DNA of 64,000 nt. Source: an uncultured candidatus Brocadiaceae bacterium (GTDB lineage: Bacteria; Planctomycetota; UBA11346). This document shows positions 1-8,961 of the stretch, piece after piece. The position numbers were made by a program, and so were the translations under genes. Where the stretch lies: NCBI GenBank assembly GCA_964652775.1, contig CAZZAM010000004.1, forward strand, positions 112,947 through 176,946, given 5' to 3'. Below the pieces are notes generated by a model. It made no database searches and was not told where the DNA came from. It saw only the letters and a list, made by a program, of their open reading frames with translations. Numbering within the stretch: the stretch's first letter is position 1; each line of letters opens with the position of its first letter.

Positions 1-190
1 TGTTGCCCGGCGAGTTCGGCCCTCAGTGTGATTGTTTTCGTTGCCTTGGGATCCGTGGTGGGGACCAACGCCAAATTCGCTTGGTAATCAACCGGCTTTC
101 CCTTTCGTGCTGCTTTGTCCTCGGCCGCAGCAAACCCCATCGTTAGGATAAGTGCGAAACAGGTTGAGATAAAGCGCACGCTGATCGTCA
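1..190 (-). CDS. Hypothetical secreted protein, N-terminal fragment running off the window edge
   Basis: Reverse-strand ATG at 188-190 with a GGGAG Shine-Dalgarno about 6 nt upstream. Translation MTISVRFISTCFALILTMGFAAAEDKAARKG... has a signal-peptide-like N-terminus. The frame is open to position 1; absent from the ORF track, presumably because it has no in-window stop. Confidence 0.4.
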
Positions 191-315
191 TGGAATGCTC
201 CCTACGGCCGCGATGGACCGGATTGGTGACCCAAGTACTCGAGCGGGACTATTGGCGAACACTATATTCGTCCACGAAGAAGCACGCCAACGGCTAGGCG
301 GTGTCTCACCGGATG

Positions 316-615
316 CTAAGACTCGATGTCTCGGGCGTGGCGTTCTGCAACCTGCTTAATTCGGGCGTAGAGCCACAACGGGCAGGCGATACAGGTGCAG
401 AAGAGATTGACGACGATGATGTTTACGCACGTGAGGATGTGGTAGGGATCATGGACCACGTGGGTGACCTCGTCTGCGCTCACGGATGCGCCCATGCCCA
501 TGACGACGGCAAGGTAGATGCAGCCAATCACTGCGATGGCCAGGAAGGTCAGGGTCAGGATGCCTGAGATGCGCAGCATGCCCTGGCGATTGGATTCACC
601 TGACTCAGGACGCAA
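316..615 (-). CDS. Small hypothetical membrane protein (2-3 predicted TM helices)
   Basis: 99-aa ORF with hydrophobic stretches (ILTLTFLAIAVIGCIYLAVVMG; IIVVNLFCTCIACPLWLY). The start could be the internal Met at ~579. No recognisable family. Confidence 0.3.
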   Translation of the reverse strand: MRPESGESNRQGMLRISGILTLTFLAIAVIGCIYLAVVMGMGASVSADEVTHVVHDPYHILTCVNIIVVNLFCTCIACPLWLYARIKQVAERHARDIES

Positions 616-623
616 GCCCAGGA

Positions 624-1010
624 TCAGTGACTCGAATGGATCTCAGGGGTCTTGTCAGTTGGATTGGTATTCGTCGGCTGATTGGTGAAGCGCGTGAACT
701 CCTTGTTGTCGATAAAACCCGCAATGGCGACTACAGAGTCCAATGGAACATAGAGAACGCCGGGAACCGTTGTGCCCTCACCGGCCATCATCTCGCGGGA
801 TCCGAGACGAACGATTACGGGATTTTTCATGTAATAACGTATGACCCGCTTGGTGACGCTGTTGGTCTTGGTGTCGGTTACTTCCTCGCGATAGGCATCA
901 ATTGCCACATAGCGGGTAGAGAGGTCTCTGTCCCGGGGAATCGTTTGTTCTTCTGACCACAGCGGGGCGAGGGCGGTGACGGCGAACAGACAGAGGAAGA
1001 GGTGGCGCAT
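624..1010 (-). CDS. Small secreted hypothetical protein
   Basis: N-terminal signal peptide MRHLFLCLFAVTALAPLWS, 128 aa, no recognisable domain. Confidence 0.45.
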   Translation of the reverse strand: MRHLFLCLFAVTALAPLWSEEQTIPRDRDLSTRYVAIDAYREEVTDTKTNSVTKRVIRYYMKNPVIVRLGSREMMAGEGTTVPGVLYVPLDSVVAIAGFIDNKEFTRFTNQPTNTNPTDKTPEIHSSH

Positions 1011-1091
1011 AGGTGCTCCGTGATGAGGTGGGGTACGCGGAAATGACTCCGCTCATTGATGAGTGATAACCAGTAAAAACGTGACAATTTG

Positions 1092-1319
1092 TCATCTACC
1101 GTCGTTGTTAACCTCCTGTTGCCGACATTTGGCTACAAATTCTTGAACCAGTAGCGTGGCGATGACCAGCAAGAGGACCTGCTGATTGACGGCGCTATCG
1201 GCGTAGCCGTACTTTTGAATCTGAAGGCCGATCGAAATCCCGGATGACAACAAAACGACTGTACCGATGAATCGCCAAGTATACATGTTCGACTTCGTGT
1301 AGGGGAACGTGGGTTTCAT
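1092..1319 (-). CDS. Small hypothetical membrane protein
   Basis: 75-aa ORF with two hydrophobic segments (FIGTVVLLSSGISIGL; VLLLVIATLLV). Confidence 0.3.
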   Translation of the reverse strand: MKPTFPYTKSNMYTWRFIGTVVLLSSGISIGLQIQKYGYADSAVNQQVLLLVIATLLVQEFVAKCRQQEVNNDGR

Positions 1320-1375
1320 GGGGTGTCCTTCTGCGGTGAACAGACTGAGTCAGGGCTGCAGGTGGGAACATCCTG

Positions 1376-2149
1376 ATGAATCTGGTGAAAGACCAAGATC
1401 AGTTGTGTCGCCGCCATCATCACTTCGAATCAGCCATCATGCCCCATCGTCGCACGTTGAGTCTTGCCCGTGTTCAGGAAACGATCGCGCAACTCCAGTT
1501 ACGGGTCGAGGAGCGCTTCCCGGGCTCGGGTCTTTCTGCGCTTATTGCAGAAGTGGGGGCGGTTGGTCGGGAGGTGGAACGCGAATCTGCTAGTATTATG
1601 CGGCCAATTTGGTGGGTATGGGCCTTGATCGCCGTGACCGTGTTGATTCTTGGCACAGTCATTGTCTTGTTAATCGCAAAGGCACCGACGGCCGCGGTTG
1701 TGCCCACCTGGACCGAGTTGGCCCAGGGAATCAACGCCATATCGAGTGAATTGGTGTTGCTTGTTGGTTTGCTGGTGTTTCTTGCCAGTTGGCAGATGCG
1801 GATCCGGCGTGGGCGGGTTGTGGCAGCTGTACGGCAGCTGCGCGAATTGGCGCATATCGTCGATATGCTGCAGTTGACCAAGGATCCCGATGGCATGGCC
1901 GGTGTATCGCTGCCAAGTACTGCGCATAGTCCGCGCCGTGAATTGACCTTAGCTGAATTGGCCCGCTATCTCGATTACTGCTCGGAATTACTTTCTCTGA
2001 TCGCCAAGGTGTCGCAGTTCTATGTCGAGAAATTTGACGATCCGGATGCGACAGCTGCGGTGAATGATCTTGAAGACCTTACCAACGGTCTATCGCGGAA
2101 GATCTGGCAGAAGATTATGATCACGCACCAAATGACATCCCAGAAGTAA
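1376..2149 (+). CDS. Hypothetical membrane-anchored protein
   Basis: 257-aa ORF with one strong TM segment (IWWVWALIAVTVLILGTVIVLLIA) and a second hydrophobic stretch. No recognisable catalytic motif. Confidence 0.5.
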   Translation: MNLVKDQDQLCRRHHHFESAIMPHRRTLSLARVQETIAQLQLRVEERFPGSGLSALIAEVGAVGREVERESASIMRPIWWVWALIAVTVLILGTVIVLLIAKAPTAAVVPTWTELAQGINAISSELVLLVGLLVFLASWQMRIRRGRVVAAVRQLRELAHIVDMLQLTKDPDGMAGVSLPSTAHSPRRELTLAELARYLDYCSELLSLIAKVSQFYVEKFDDPDATAAVNDLEDLTNGLSRKIWQKIMITHQMTSQK

Positions 2150-2155
2150 CGCGCG

Positions 2156-3115
2156 TCAGCTCGCTGCTTGCAGGTCGGCGCGACAACGGGCAATGATCTC
2201 ATCGACACGATCAACTTGCTTCTGTTTGAGTGGCAGGGCGAGATCACCAATAGCTGCTCCCTGGGCCGCATTGCGCGCTCCGACGATGACCGCCGTACAG
2301 CCTTCGGTACAGAGCAGCCAGCCGATCGCCAACTGAGCCACGGTTTGCTCATCTTCTTCGGCAAGAACTCGTAGTTCGTCGACTGCGGTCAGCCAGCGAG
2401 CGAGATGCTTGCCGCGGAATTCGTCGCGTTCATTGCGATGATCTCCTGTAGGGAATGTCTTATCTTTGTTCCATGTTCCGGACAGCAGACCGCGAAACAG
2501 CGGTGAATAGGCTAAGAATCCGACGCTGTGTTCGGCGCACCATGGCAACACGTCAGCGGCGACTTCAGGCTTCACCAAGGAAAACGAATTCTGCACACTG
2601 TGCAAAGGAACTTCGGTGGCCTTCCATGCAGCGAGCTGCGCGGCAGAGAAATTACTGACGCCGATGGCGCGGATCTTGCCAGCTGCGAGGAGCTCGGCAC
2701 AGGCGGCAGCGGTTTCGGCTACTGGCTGTGGTGCTGGCCAATGGAGTTGGAACAGATCAATGCGCTCGACGCCAAGTCTGCTTAGTTCTTCATCGCAATC
2801 ACGCAGAACCTGGGCCCGAGATCCGTCGGTTACCCGTTTCCCATCAACCACATGATGGCCGAATTTTGTGAACACGTATGGCCGACGATCTGCTGGAAGT
2901 GAAGCCAGTACCCGACCAACGACGCTGCTGGCGCGTCCTTCGCCATAGATCGGTGCCGTATCGATCCAGTTGACACCCGCATCAAGTGCAGCACGAAGTG
3001 CCGCTTCGCTGTCGGCATCGTTCTGATCTCCCCACATCCATCCGCCGATGGCGAAGGCGCCAACTCCGACGGCGGAGATGGTCATATCGGTGGAGCTGAA
3101 TGCGCGTTTGATCAT
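2156..3115 (-). CDS. Aldo/keto reductase family oxidoreductase
   Basis: The translation from the internal Met (MIKRAFSSTDMTISAVGVGAFAIGGWMWGD...GVNWIDTAPIYGEG...) matches AKR N-terminal and catalytic-region motifs over ~320 aa. The track ORF extends to 3316 through the inverted repeat; the ATG at 3113-3115 is the more plausible start. Confidence 0.85.
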   Translation of the reverse strand: MIKRAFSSTDMTISAVGVGAFAIGGWMWGDQNDADSEAALRAALDAGVNWIDTAPIYGEGRASSVVGRVLASLPADRRPYVFTKFGHHVVDGKRVTDGSRAQVLRDCDEELSRLGVERIDLFQLHWPAPQPVAETAAACAELLAAGKIRAIGVSNFSAAQLAAWKATEVPLHSVQNSFSLVKPEVAADVLPWCAEHSVGFLAYSPLFRGLLSGTWNKDKTFPTGDHRNERDEFRGKHLARWLTAVDELRVLAEEDEQTVAQLAIGWLLCTEGCTAVIVGARNAAQGAAIGDLALPLKQKQVDRVDEIIARCRADLQAAS

Positions 3116-3141
3116 GGGGAGGCTCTTTGTGGGATTTCCCA

Positions 3142-3294
3142 AAGGCAACCGCAGAGGCGCAGAGGCCGCTGAGATCGCTGAGGAGAGCGGTGGAAGGCGT
3201 TCGTGATTACGCGAATTGCTGGGAATAATCCCTGAAAAAAAAGAACTCAAATTCTCTGCGACCTCAGCGGCCTCTGCGCCTCTGCGGTTGCCTT
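3142..3294. repeat. 32-bp perfect inverted repeat pair (3142-3173 / 3263-3294) flanking an 89-nt spacer
   Basis: Read directly: aaggcaaccgcagaggcgcagaggccgctgag versus ctcagcggcctctgcgcctctgcggttgcctt, an exact reverse complement. It lies between the helicase stop and the reductase start on the same transcribed strand. Confidence 0.8.
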
Positions 3295-3312
3295 GAAGCG
3301 AGCAATGAAACT

Positions 3313-5607
3313 TCATAGGACGGTGATCTTGTTCATCGCGAACGCGAGCTGCAGTTCTTTGTCGCCGTGTTTCTCGAATCCGATCACTGCGACGCGGGCT
3401 GTGACTGGACCGCGCAGGGCTTGAACGATGCCGCGACCAAACGTTTGATGGATGATCCGTTGGCCAACGGTCAACGGATCATCGGGTAGGGCGCGATCAT
3501 CGCCAGGTTGGGTCCCAGGGCGGAGGGAGCTGCCTTTTTTCAAGAGTCCACTGGCAAGCGCAGCGACCATGCCGGCTTGCGCTGCGCGGGCTTGCGCTGG
3601 CGATGTCGCTCGTCCCGGTGGTGGACTTGGATCGGGAACTGCATGGCGACCAGTTGCGTCCTTGGCAGTGAAACAGTCAGCAGGCATTTCACTGAGGAAC
3701 ATGCTTGGTTCAAAATGGAACGTCTGGCCATACAGCATGCGGCAGCGTGCGCGTGAGAGGTAGAGTTCCTGCATGGCGCGAGTGATGCCCACGTACATCA
3801 AGCGGCGTTCTTCCTCGAGCTTGGTCTTCTCCATCGTGCCGATGGCTTCTTTGCCGCGCAGCAGCGGCAGCAATCCGTTTTCAAGTCCGGTGATGAATAC
3901 GACGGGGAATTCCAAGCCCTTTGCCGAATGCAGCGTCATCATTTGAACCCGGTCGCTGCCTGCTTCGCGTTCTTCGCGGGCATTCGCACCGGTATTCAAG
4001 GCGACCGTTTCGAGGAATCCGGCCAGACCGCCTGCAGGTTCGGTTTCACGATATTGTTCAGCGGCAGTGATCACTTCCTGCATGTTGCCCAGGCGTTCTT
4101 CGGCTTCGCCTTCTGGCCGATCACTATAGTGCCCAGCCAATCCGGTGAGATCGATAGCTCCACGTACGCACGCAGGCGGATCGCCCATCGGCAGTGTGCG
4201 CAGTAAGCGCCATAATCGCGCAAGATCGTTGAGCGGTGCGGCTGCACGACCGGCCGCAACCTGGGTCAACAACTCTGGCTGTTCAAGGATTGCGGTGGCG
4301 GCAACCAGCCGTTCTTCGGCAAATTCCAGGATCTGATCACGGGTGCTGTCGCCGATGCCTCGACGAGGAACATTGATGATGCGTCGCAGGGCACCGGTGT
4401 CGCGCGGATTAACAAGTAATTTGAGGTAGGCGATGACGTGCTGGACTTCTTCACGGTCGTAAAAACGCGTGCCGCCGTGCAGTTGATACGGTACAGCGCG
4501 ACGGCGTAGGGCGTCTTCAAGAACGCGGCTTTGGGCGTTAGTGCGATAAAATACCGCCATGTCGCCCCAGGCCTTACCGCCATCGTGAAAGCGGGCGAGC
4601 GCAGCTGCGACAGCGTGGCTTTCATCCAGTTCGTCATCGACGGCGAGCAGGGTGACCGGCCGGCCATCGTCACGATCGGTTCGGATCGTCTTTTCTTTTC
4701 GTTCAGAATTATTCTGAATGACGCCTTGTGCGGCACGGAGGATGATTTTGGTTGAGCGGTAATTGCGCTCGAGGAGGATTGACGTCACTGGTTCGCCGGG
4801 CTTGTCGAAGTCGCGTTCGAAATTCAGGATGTTGCTGATGTCAGCGCCGCGCCAGCCGTAGATCGCCTGATCGGGATCGCCAGTCGCACAAACGTTGCGA
4901 TGTTCGCCAAGCAAACGGATCAGGCGATACTGGGCTGCGTTGGTGTCCTGGTATTCGTCGATCAGGATGTAGGGGAAGCGTTCTTGCCAGCGTTTGCGCG
5001 TAATCGGATCTTTCTCGAGCATCCGCACCGGCTTGACCAGCAGATCGTCAAAGTCGAGTTTGTTCTCAGCGTCGAGTCGGCGTTGATACTCAAGCGCAAC
5101 CTGCAGCGTCACCGTGTCAAAGTCGTCGTTGGGTGTCAGGGTCGCCAGCACTGCCAGGTTGTTCTTCCAATGACTGATGCGATCGCAGACCCGACGCGGT
5201 TCGAACTGCTTGGGGTCATGGGCCAGATCTTTGAGGATCTGTTTCACGTACTTTTCCGGCTCGTCAGCACTGCAGATAGAGAAGTCGGCTTCACCACCGT
5301 CGCGGGCGCGTTCAATTTTGAGCATGCGCAGGCCAGCGGAGTGAAACGTGCATATCCACGGCGTGCCCAGTCCGAGCAAGCGCTCAACGCGCTCCTTCAT
5401 TTCGCCTGCTGCCTTATTGGTAAAGGTGATCGCCAGGATGCGATCGGGACGGCAGCCCGCAGACTGAATCAGATTGGCAATGCGGTGGGTAATGACGCGT
5501 GTTTTCCCAGACCCGGCACCGGCGATCACCAACAGCGGACCTTTGACGTGCGCGACAGCGGCACGTTGTTCGTCATTTAATCCAGCAAAAACGTCAACGA
5601 GAGGCAT
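3313..5607 (-). CDS. uvrD: ATP-dependent DNA helicase, UvrD/PcrA/Rep family
   Basis: N-terminus LNDEQRAAVAHVKGPLLVIAGAGSGKTRVITHRIANLI (Walker A), ILAITFTNKAAGEMKERV, DEYQDTN, and the length (764 aa) are typical of the UvrD/PcrA SF1 family. Confidence 0.9.
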   Translation of the reverse strand: MPLVDVFAGLNDEQRAAVAHVKGPLLVIAGAGSGKTRVITHRIANLIQSAGCRPDRILAITFTNKAAGEMKERVERLLGLGTPWICTFHSAGLRMLKIERARDGGEADFSICSADEPEKYVKQILKDLAHDPKQFEPRRVCDRISHWKNNLAVLATLTPNDDFDTVTLQVALEYQRRLDAENKLDFDDLLVKPVRMLEKDPITRKRWQERFPYILIDEYQDTNAAQYRLIRLLGEHRNVCATGDPDQAIYGWRGADISNILNFERDFDKPGEPVTSILLERNYRSTKIILRAAQGVIQNNSERKEKTIRTDRDDGRPVTLLAVDDELDESHAVAAALARFHDGGKAWGDMAVFYRTNAQSRVLEDALRRRAVPYQLHGGTRFYDREEVQHVIAYLKLLVNPRDTGALRRIINVPRRGIGDSTRDQILEFAEERLVAATAILEQPELLTQVAAGRAAAPLNDLARLWRLLRTLPMGDPPACVRGAIDLTGLAGHYSDRPEGEAEERLGNMQEVITAAEQYRETEPAGGLAGFLETVALNTGANAREEREAGSDRVQMMTLHSAKGLEFPVVFITGLENGLLPLLRGKEAIGTMEKTKLEEERRLMYVGITRAMQELYLSRARCRMLYGQTFHFEPSMFLSEMPADCFTAKDATGRHAVPDPSPPPGRATSPAQARAAQAGMVAALASGLLKKGSSLRPGTQPGDDRALPDDPLTVGQRIIHQTFGRGIVQALRGPVTARVAVIGFEKHGDKELQLAFAMNKITVL

Positions 5608-5618
5608 GGACTGTGACG

Positions 5619-6495
5619 CTATTTATCGACATCGACCGGAATCGCCTCGCCGCCGAGGGGAATGTGATCAATCAAGCGGATGCCATCGACAAACACGGCG
5701 GCGGCAAGAACGCAGGAGTCGTCAGCGTGTTCAACTTCCTTGAATCCCCGCAATGAAATGACGTCGCCGTAATCAAGGGCAACATTTTCAAGAACCAGTA
5801 GTTCTTCAGCCAGGATTTCGATCAACTTGAGACTGGTGACCTCTCCGGCGCGGTAGGCGCGACGTGCCAGTTCAAGTCCGCGCGGAAGGCCAAGTGCTTT
5901 TTCGCGCATGACTGGACTCAGTCGCTTGTTGCGGCTACTCATCGCAAGTCCATCCGGATCGCGCACGGTTGGTGCGACCACGATCTCGGTGCCCAGGTCG
6001 AGGTCCTGGCTCATCCGCGAGATGATCAACGCTTGCTGGAGATCCTTCTGGCCGAATACCGCCACGTCAGGGCGGACGACGCTCAGCAACTTGGTCACCA
6101 CGGTGCAGACGCCGCGGAAGTGCCCAGGTCGGGCCACGGCGCACAGCTTGTCGGTCAACGGGCCGACCATTTCGATAAAGGTGCAGTGGCCGTCGGCGTA
6201 CATGTCACTGGTGGCTGGCGTCCACACCACAGCGACTCCGGCCTTGCGACAGAGCTCCAGGTCGGCCTCAAGCGGTTGTGGGTACTTGGCGAGGTCCTCA
6301 GGGTTGTCGAACTGGGTAGGGTTGACGTAGATCGACACGACGACGAGGTCGGCGAGGGTCTTGGCCTTCGCGACCAGGCTCAGGTGCCCAGCGTGGAGCG
6401 CACCCATGGTTGGTACGAAAGCGACGCGTTTATCCGCCCGATGTTGTTTGCGGATCCAGGTGCGGACGTCGGCTTTGCTGGTGATGATGTCCAAG
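5619..6495 (-). CDS. panC: Pantoate--beta-alanine ligase
   Basis: VAFVPTMGALHAGHLSLV HIGH-type motif; FGQKDLQQ, SSRNKRL and the cytidylyltransferase-like fold are characteristic of PanC. The start is uncertain: the track ORF runs to 6671, but no in-frame ATG exists near the expected N-terminus. A TTG at ~6495 is proposed; the FHA gene starting at 6555 on the other strand limits the upstream extent. Confidence 0.8.
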
Positions 6496-6554
6496 AGAAC
6501 TCCATATCTTGCAGCACGAGGGCGGCTTGGGAGGATGCACGGCGGAGGCCAACC

Positions 6555-7046
6555 ATGGCGTTCCTGACCGTCCGAGTGAAGGGGACCGAAGGCTACACCC
6601 GCCACGACCTGGGCAAGGATCGTACGGTGGTTGGGCGTGCTTCGGCCTGCGACCTGTCCGTGCAGGGACAAAACATCTCACGCGAGCACTGTCTGATCGT
6701 GCGCAAAGAGGGCAATTGGTGGGTTGAGGATATGGGTTCTTCGAATGGTACGTATGTAAACAAAGAGAAAATCAGCGCACCTAAACAGCTCAACGAGAAG
6801 GACATCATCAAGGCCGGAGCCATTCGCCTGACTTTTCATGGCGGTGACATAAGCCAAGTTGAAGCAATCGACATCCACTCTGATCGCGCGCATTCCGAAC
6901 ACGATGATGCTTCCGAGCAAGCGACCGCGGATGGTTTAGAAGCAGCCCTGTCGTGTCCCGCCTGTTCGTTGTGGGTCAGCGTGGCGCATCGTCAACGCGG
7001 TGATCAGGCGATCTGCCCACGCTGTACGGGAAAAGTAGCGGTCTAA
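6555..7046 (+). CDS. FHA-domain protein with C-terminal zinc-ribbon
   Basis: The internal Met of the track ORF begins MAFLTVRVKGTEGYTRHDLGKDRTVVGRASACDLSVQGQNISREHCLIVRKEGNWWVEDMGSSNGTYVN, classic FHA motifs (GR...S..H, SSNGT). The C-terminus has CPACS...CPRCTG, a zinc-ribbon-like CxxC pair. Confidence 0.75.
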   Translation: MAFLTVRVKGTEGYTRHDLGKDRTVVGRASACDLSVQGQNISREHCLIVRKEGNWWVEDMGSSNGTYVNKEKISAPKQLNEKDIIKAGAIRLTFHGGDISQVEAIDIHSDRAHSEHDDASEQATADGLEAALSCPACSLWVSVAHRQRGDQAICPRCTGKVAV

Positions 7047-7064
7047 ACTGTGCTTCTCTGGTCG

Positions 7065-8846
7065 TTACTGTTTGTCCGGAAAGACAACCAATGATCCCGA
7101 TGTCGTTGCTGAACTGCCATTAGCGAGCGCGGGCTGCCCGTGCGAGTCACGATACCAGACTGGTTGGTTGAGTCGGGAAGCGTGTGGTGCGGCCTGGGAT
7201 TTGTTCGGTAGCCGCGCAGTACCAAGTCGAGCCAACACGGCATCAACCAAATCAGCTTTCAGTTTTAAGGCAGGCTGCGAAGGACGTTGACCCTGCTCGA
7301 CCCAGCCCGGTGGCTCAGGCAGATTGATTGCGGAGCGTACCTGCTCGGCCTCCCACCAGCAAATCACGTGGTAGGGCTCGACCGCTTTGCCATCGCCATC
7401 ACTGCGTCGCCACCACGCATCACCATCCGGACGTTCGCGGACGCCGCCGCGGCCGATTTCCTTTTTTGCGCCATTGATGCCGACTTCGTAGGTCAGTGTC
7501 TTCCATTGCGTACCTTCCCAACGTGCCAGCGGCCAGGTACCAGCGAAGGTTACTGAGGCGGCGGATTCAAGGCCTAGGGCTTCACCCGCGACATAGAGCA
7601 TGCCGGCGCCATCAAATTCGAGGCGAACCTCAGGGACTGGAACCGATTCCAAATGAATGGGTATCTCCATTGGTGCCGAGGGAGCCACGTCAACTTGGCC
7701 ATACCAACGCAGCAATGGTCCAGGTTGTACGGCCTCGACTTCCAACTGATGCCGACCAGGAACGACAACTGTGCCACCTGGCTTTGATTCTTGCCACGCC
7801 TTGGAATCCAGGCGCAACCGGAGGTGCGGATGCGAGCATTTCAGCAGCAGTAAGCCCGTCGCTTGTGGCGTACTGATCATGGCCTCTCTCTGATGGATGG
7901 ACCACCAGGTGGCACCGGCACCGCCACCGACCGCGATGACTCCAAGAACGACCAGCGCAGCAAGGCCAATACGCGGCCGCGCACGCAGGGTGGCACCACT
8001 GCCAAGTGCCTCGGCAACGGCGAGTGCGGTTGGCCGACGCTTGGGATCCTTATCTAGGCAGAGCGACACCAGATTGGACAGCGATACCGGCGTTCCCGGA
8101 ACGAGGTCTCGTAAATCGCGTGGTCGATCCTCAAGATGCGCGCGCATGACCTCGTATGCGGTGGGCGCTTCGAACGGTGGACGCCCGGCGATCATGTGGA
8201 ACAGGGTTGCGCCCAGGCTGTAAATGTCGGCGGGCGGACCGATGCTTTGCGGATCGCGGATTGCCTCGGGTGCGCAGTAGAGCGGCGTGCCGACGACCAT
8301 CCCGGTGCCGGTAAGACGCAGGGCGTCGGGATCGGCGACCTCTTTGGCGAGGCCAAGATCGGCGACTTTGGGCGTGCGGTCCGCTGACACCATCACGTTG
8401 TCAGGCTTGATGTCGCGATGAACGATGCCCACCGCATGAATGGCTTGGATGCCCAGGGCGATGCCGGTGCCGAGCGAGATGACTGACTTGGGTGGCAGAC
8501 CGGTTGGCTTGCCTGACTTACGGGAGACCTCATCAAGCAAGCTGCCCAGGCTGTGGCCAACGACGAGTTCCATAACCAGATACGGTGTATTCTGGTGGAC
8601 TCCGGCTTCGAAGACTTGGACCACATTGGCGTGGCTGATTTTTGCTGCGGCCTGACCCTCGCGCAGGAAGCGCTGGCGCGCGTGGCCCTGGTCACCACGC
8701 GCATGCGACAGGATTTTGACCGCCACGTCCTTGGCGAGGACATCGTGGCGTCCACGGTACACGACGCCCATCGCACCCGCGCCCAGCTTGGCTTGAATGC
8801 GGATCGAGCCGATCAACTTGCCGATCAAGGGGTCGGGGGCGGACAT
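7065..8846 (-). CDS. Hanks-type serine/threonine protein kinase with TM segment and extracytoplasmic C-terminal domain
   Basis: GxGxxG glycine loop (LGAGAMGVVYRG), VAVK, HRDIKPDN catalytic loop, DLGLAK (DFG-equivalent), GTPLYCAPE. A hydrophobic stretch (LAALVVLGVIAVGGGAGATWW) follows the kinase domain; 593 aa. Confidence 0.9.
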   Translation of the reverse strand: MSAPDPLIGKLIGSIRIQAKLGAGAMGVVYRGRHDVLAKDVAVKILSHARGDQGHARQRFLREGQAAAKISHANVVQVFEAGVHQNTPYLVMELVVGHSLGSLLDEVSRKSGKPTGLPPKSVISLGTGIALGIQAIHAVGIVHRDIKPDNVMVSADRTPKVADLGLAKEVADPDALRLTGTGMVVGTPLYCAPEAIRDPQSIGPPADIYSLGATLFHMIAGRPPFEAPTAYEVMRAHLEDRPRDLRDLVPGTPVSLSNLVSLCLDKDPKRRPTALAVAEALGSGATLRARPRIGLAALVVLGVIAVGGGAGATWWSIHQREAMISTPQATGLLLLKCSHPHLRLRLDSKAWQESKPGGTVVVPGRHQLEVEAVQPGPLLRWYGQVDVAPSAPMEIPIHLESVPVPEVRLEFDGAGMLYVAGEALGLESAASVTFAGTWPLARWEGTQWKTLTYEVGINGAKKEIGRGGVRERPDGDAWWRRSDGDGKAVEPYHVICWWEAEQVRSAINLPEPPGWVEQGQRPSQPALKLKADLVDAVLARLGTARLPNKSQAAPHASRLNQPVWYRDSHGQPALANGSSATTSGSLVVFPDKQ

Positions 8847-8961
8847 GGTCGCAGTATTGTCAGCGGGACTCCCCGCTGCAACGGGGTGATTGGGAGGGCG
8901 CTACGTTTGCGCATTGCTACCGCATAAATTAAGACACTCTGCCGCGCTCGCACCGAGACCC

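Noticed and set aside
115-297. 60-aa plus-strand ORF at the window start
   Set aside because: It overlaps a better-supported minus-strand partial gene with a GGGAG-ATG start and a signal-peptide-like N-terminus. No motif supports the plus-strand ORF.
2156-3316. Full 386-aa track ORF for the aldo/keto reductase
   Set aside because: AKR homology starts at the internal Met (MIKRAF). The upstream 67 codons read through the 32-bp inverted repeat and have no homology, so a start at 3115 is preferred.
6033-6554. N-terminal 174 codons of the 337-aa plus-strand ORF overlapping panC
   Set aside because: The recognisable FHA domain begins only at the internal Met (6555). The upstream part is antisense to panC and compositionally Arg/Gly/Val-biased.
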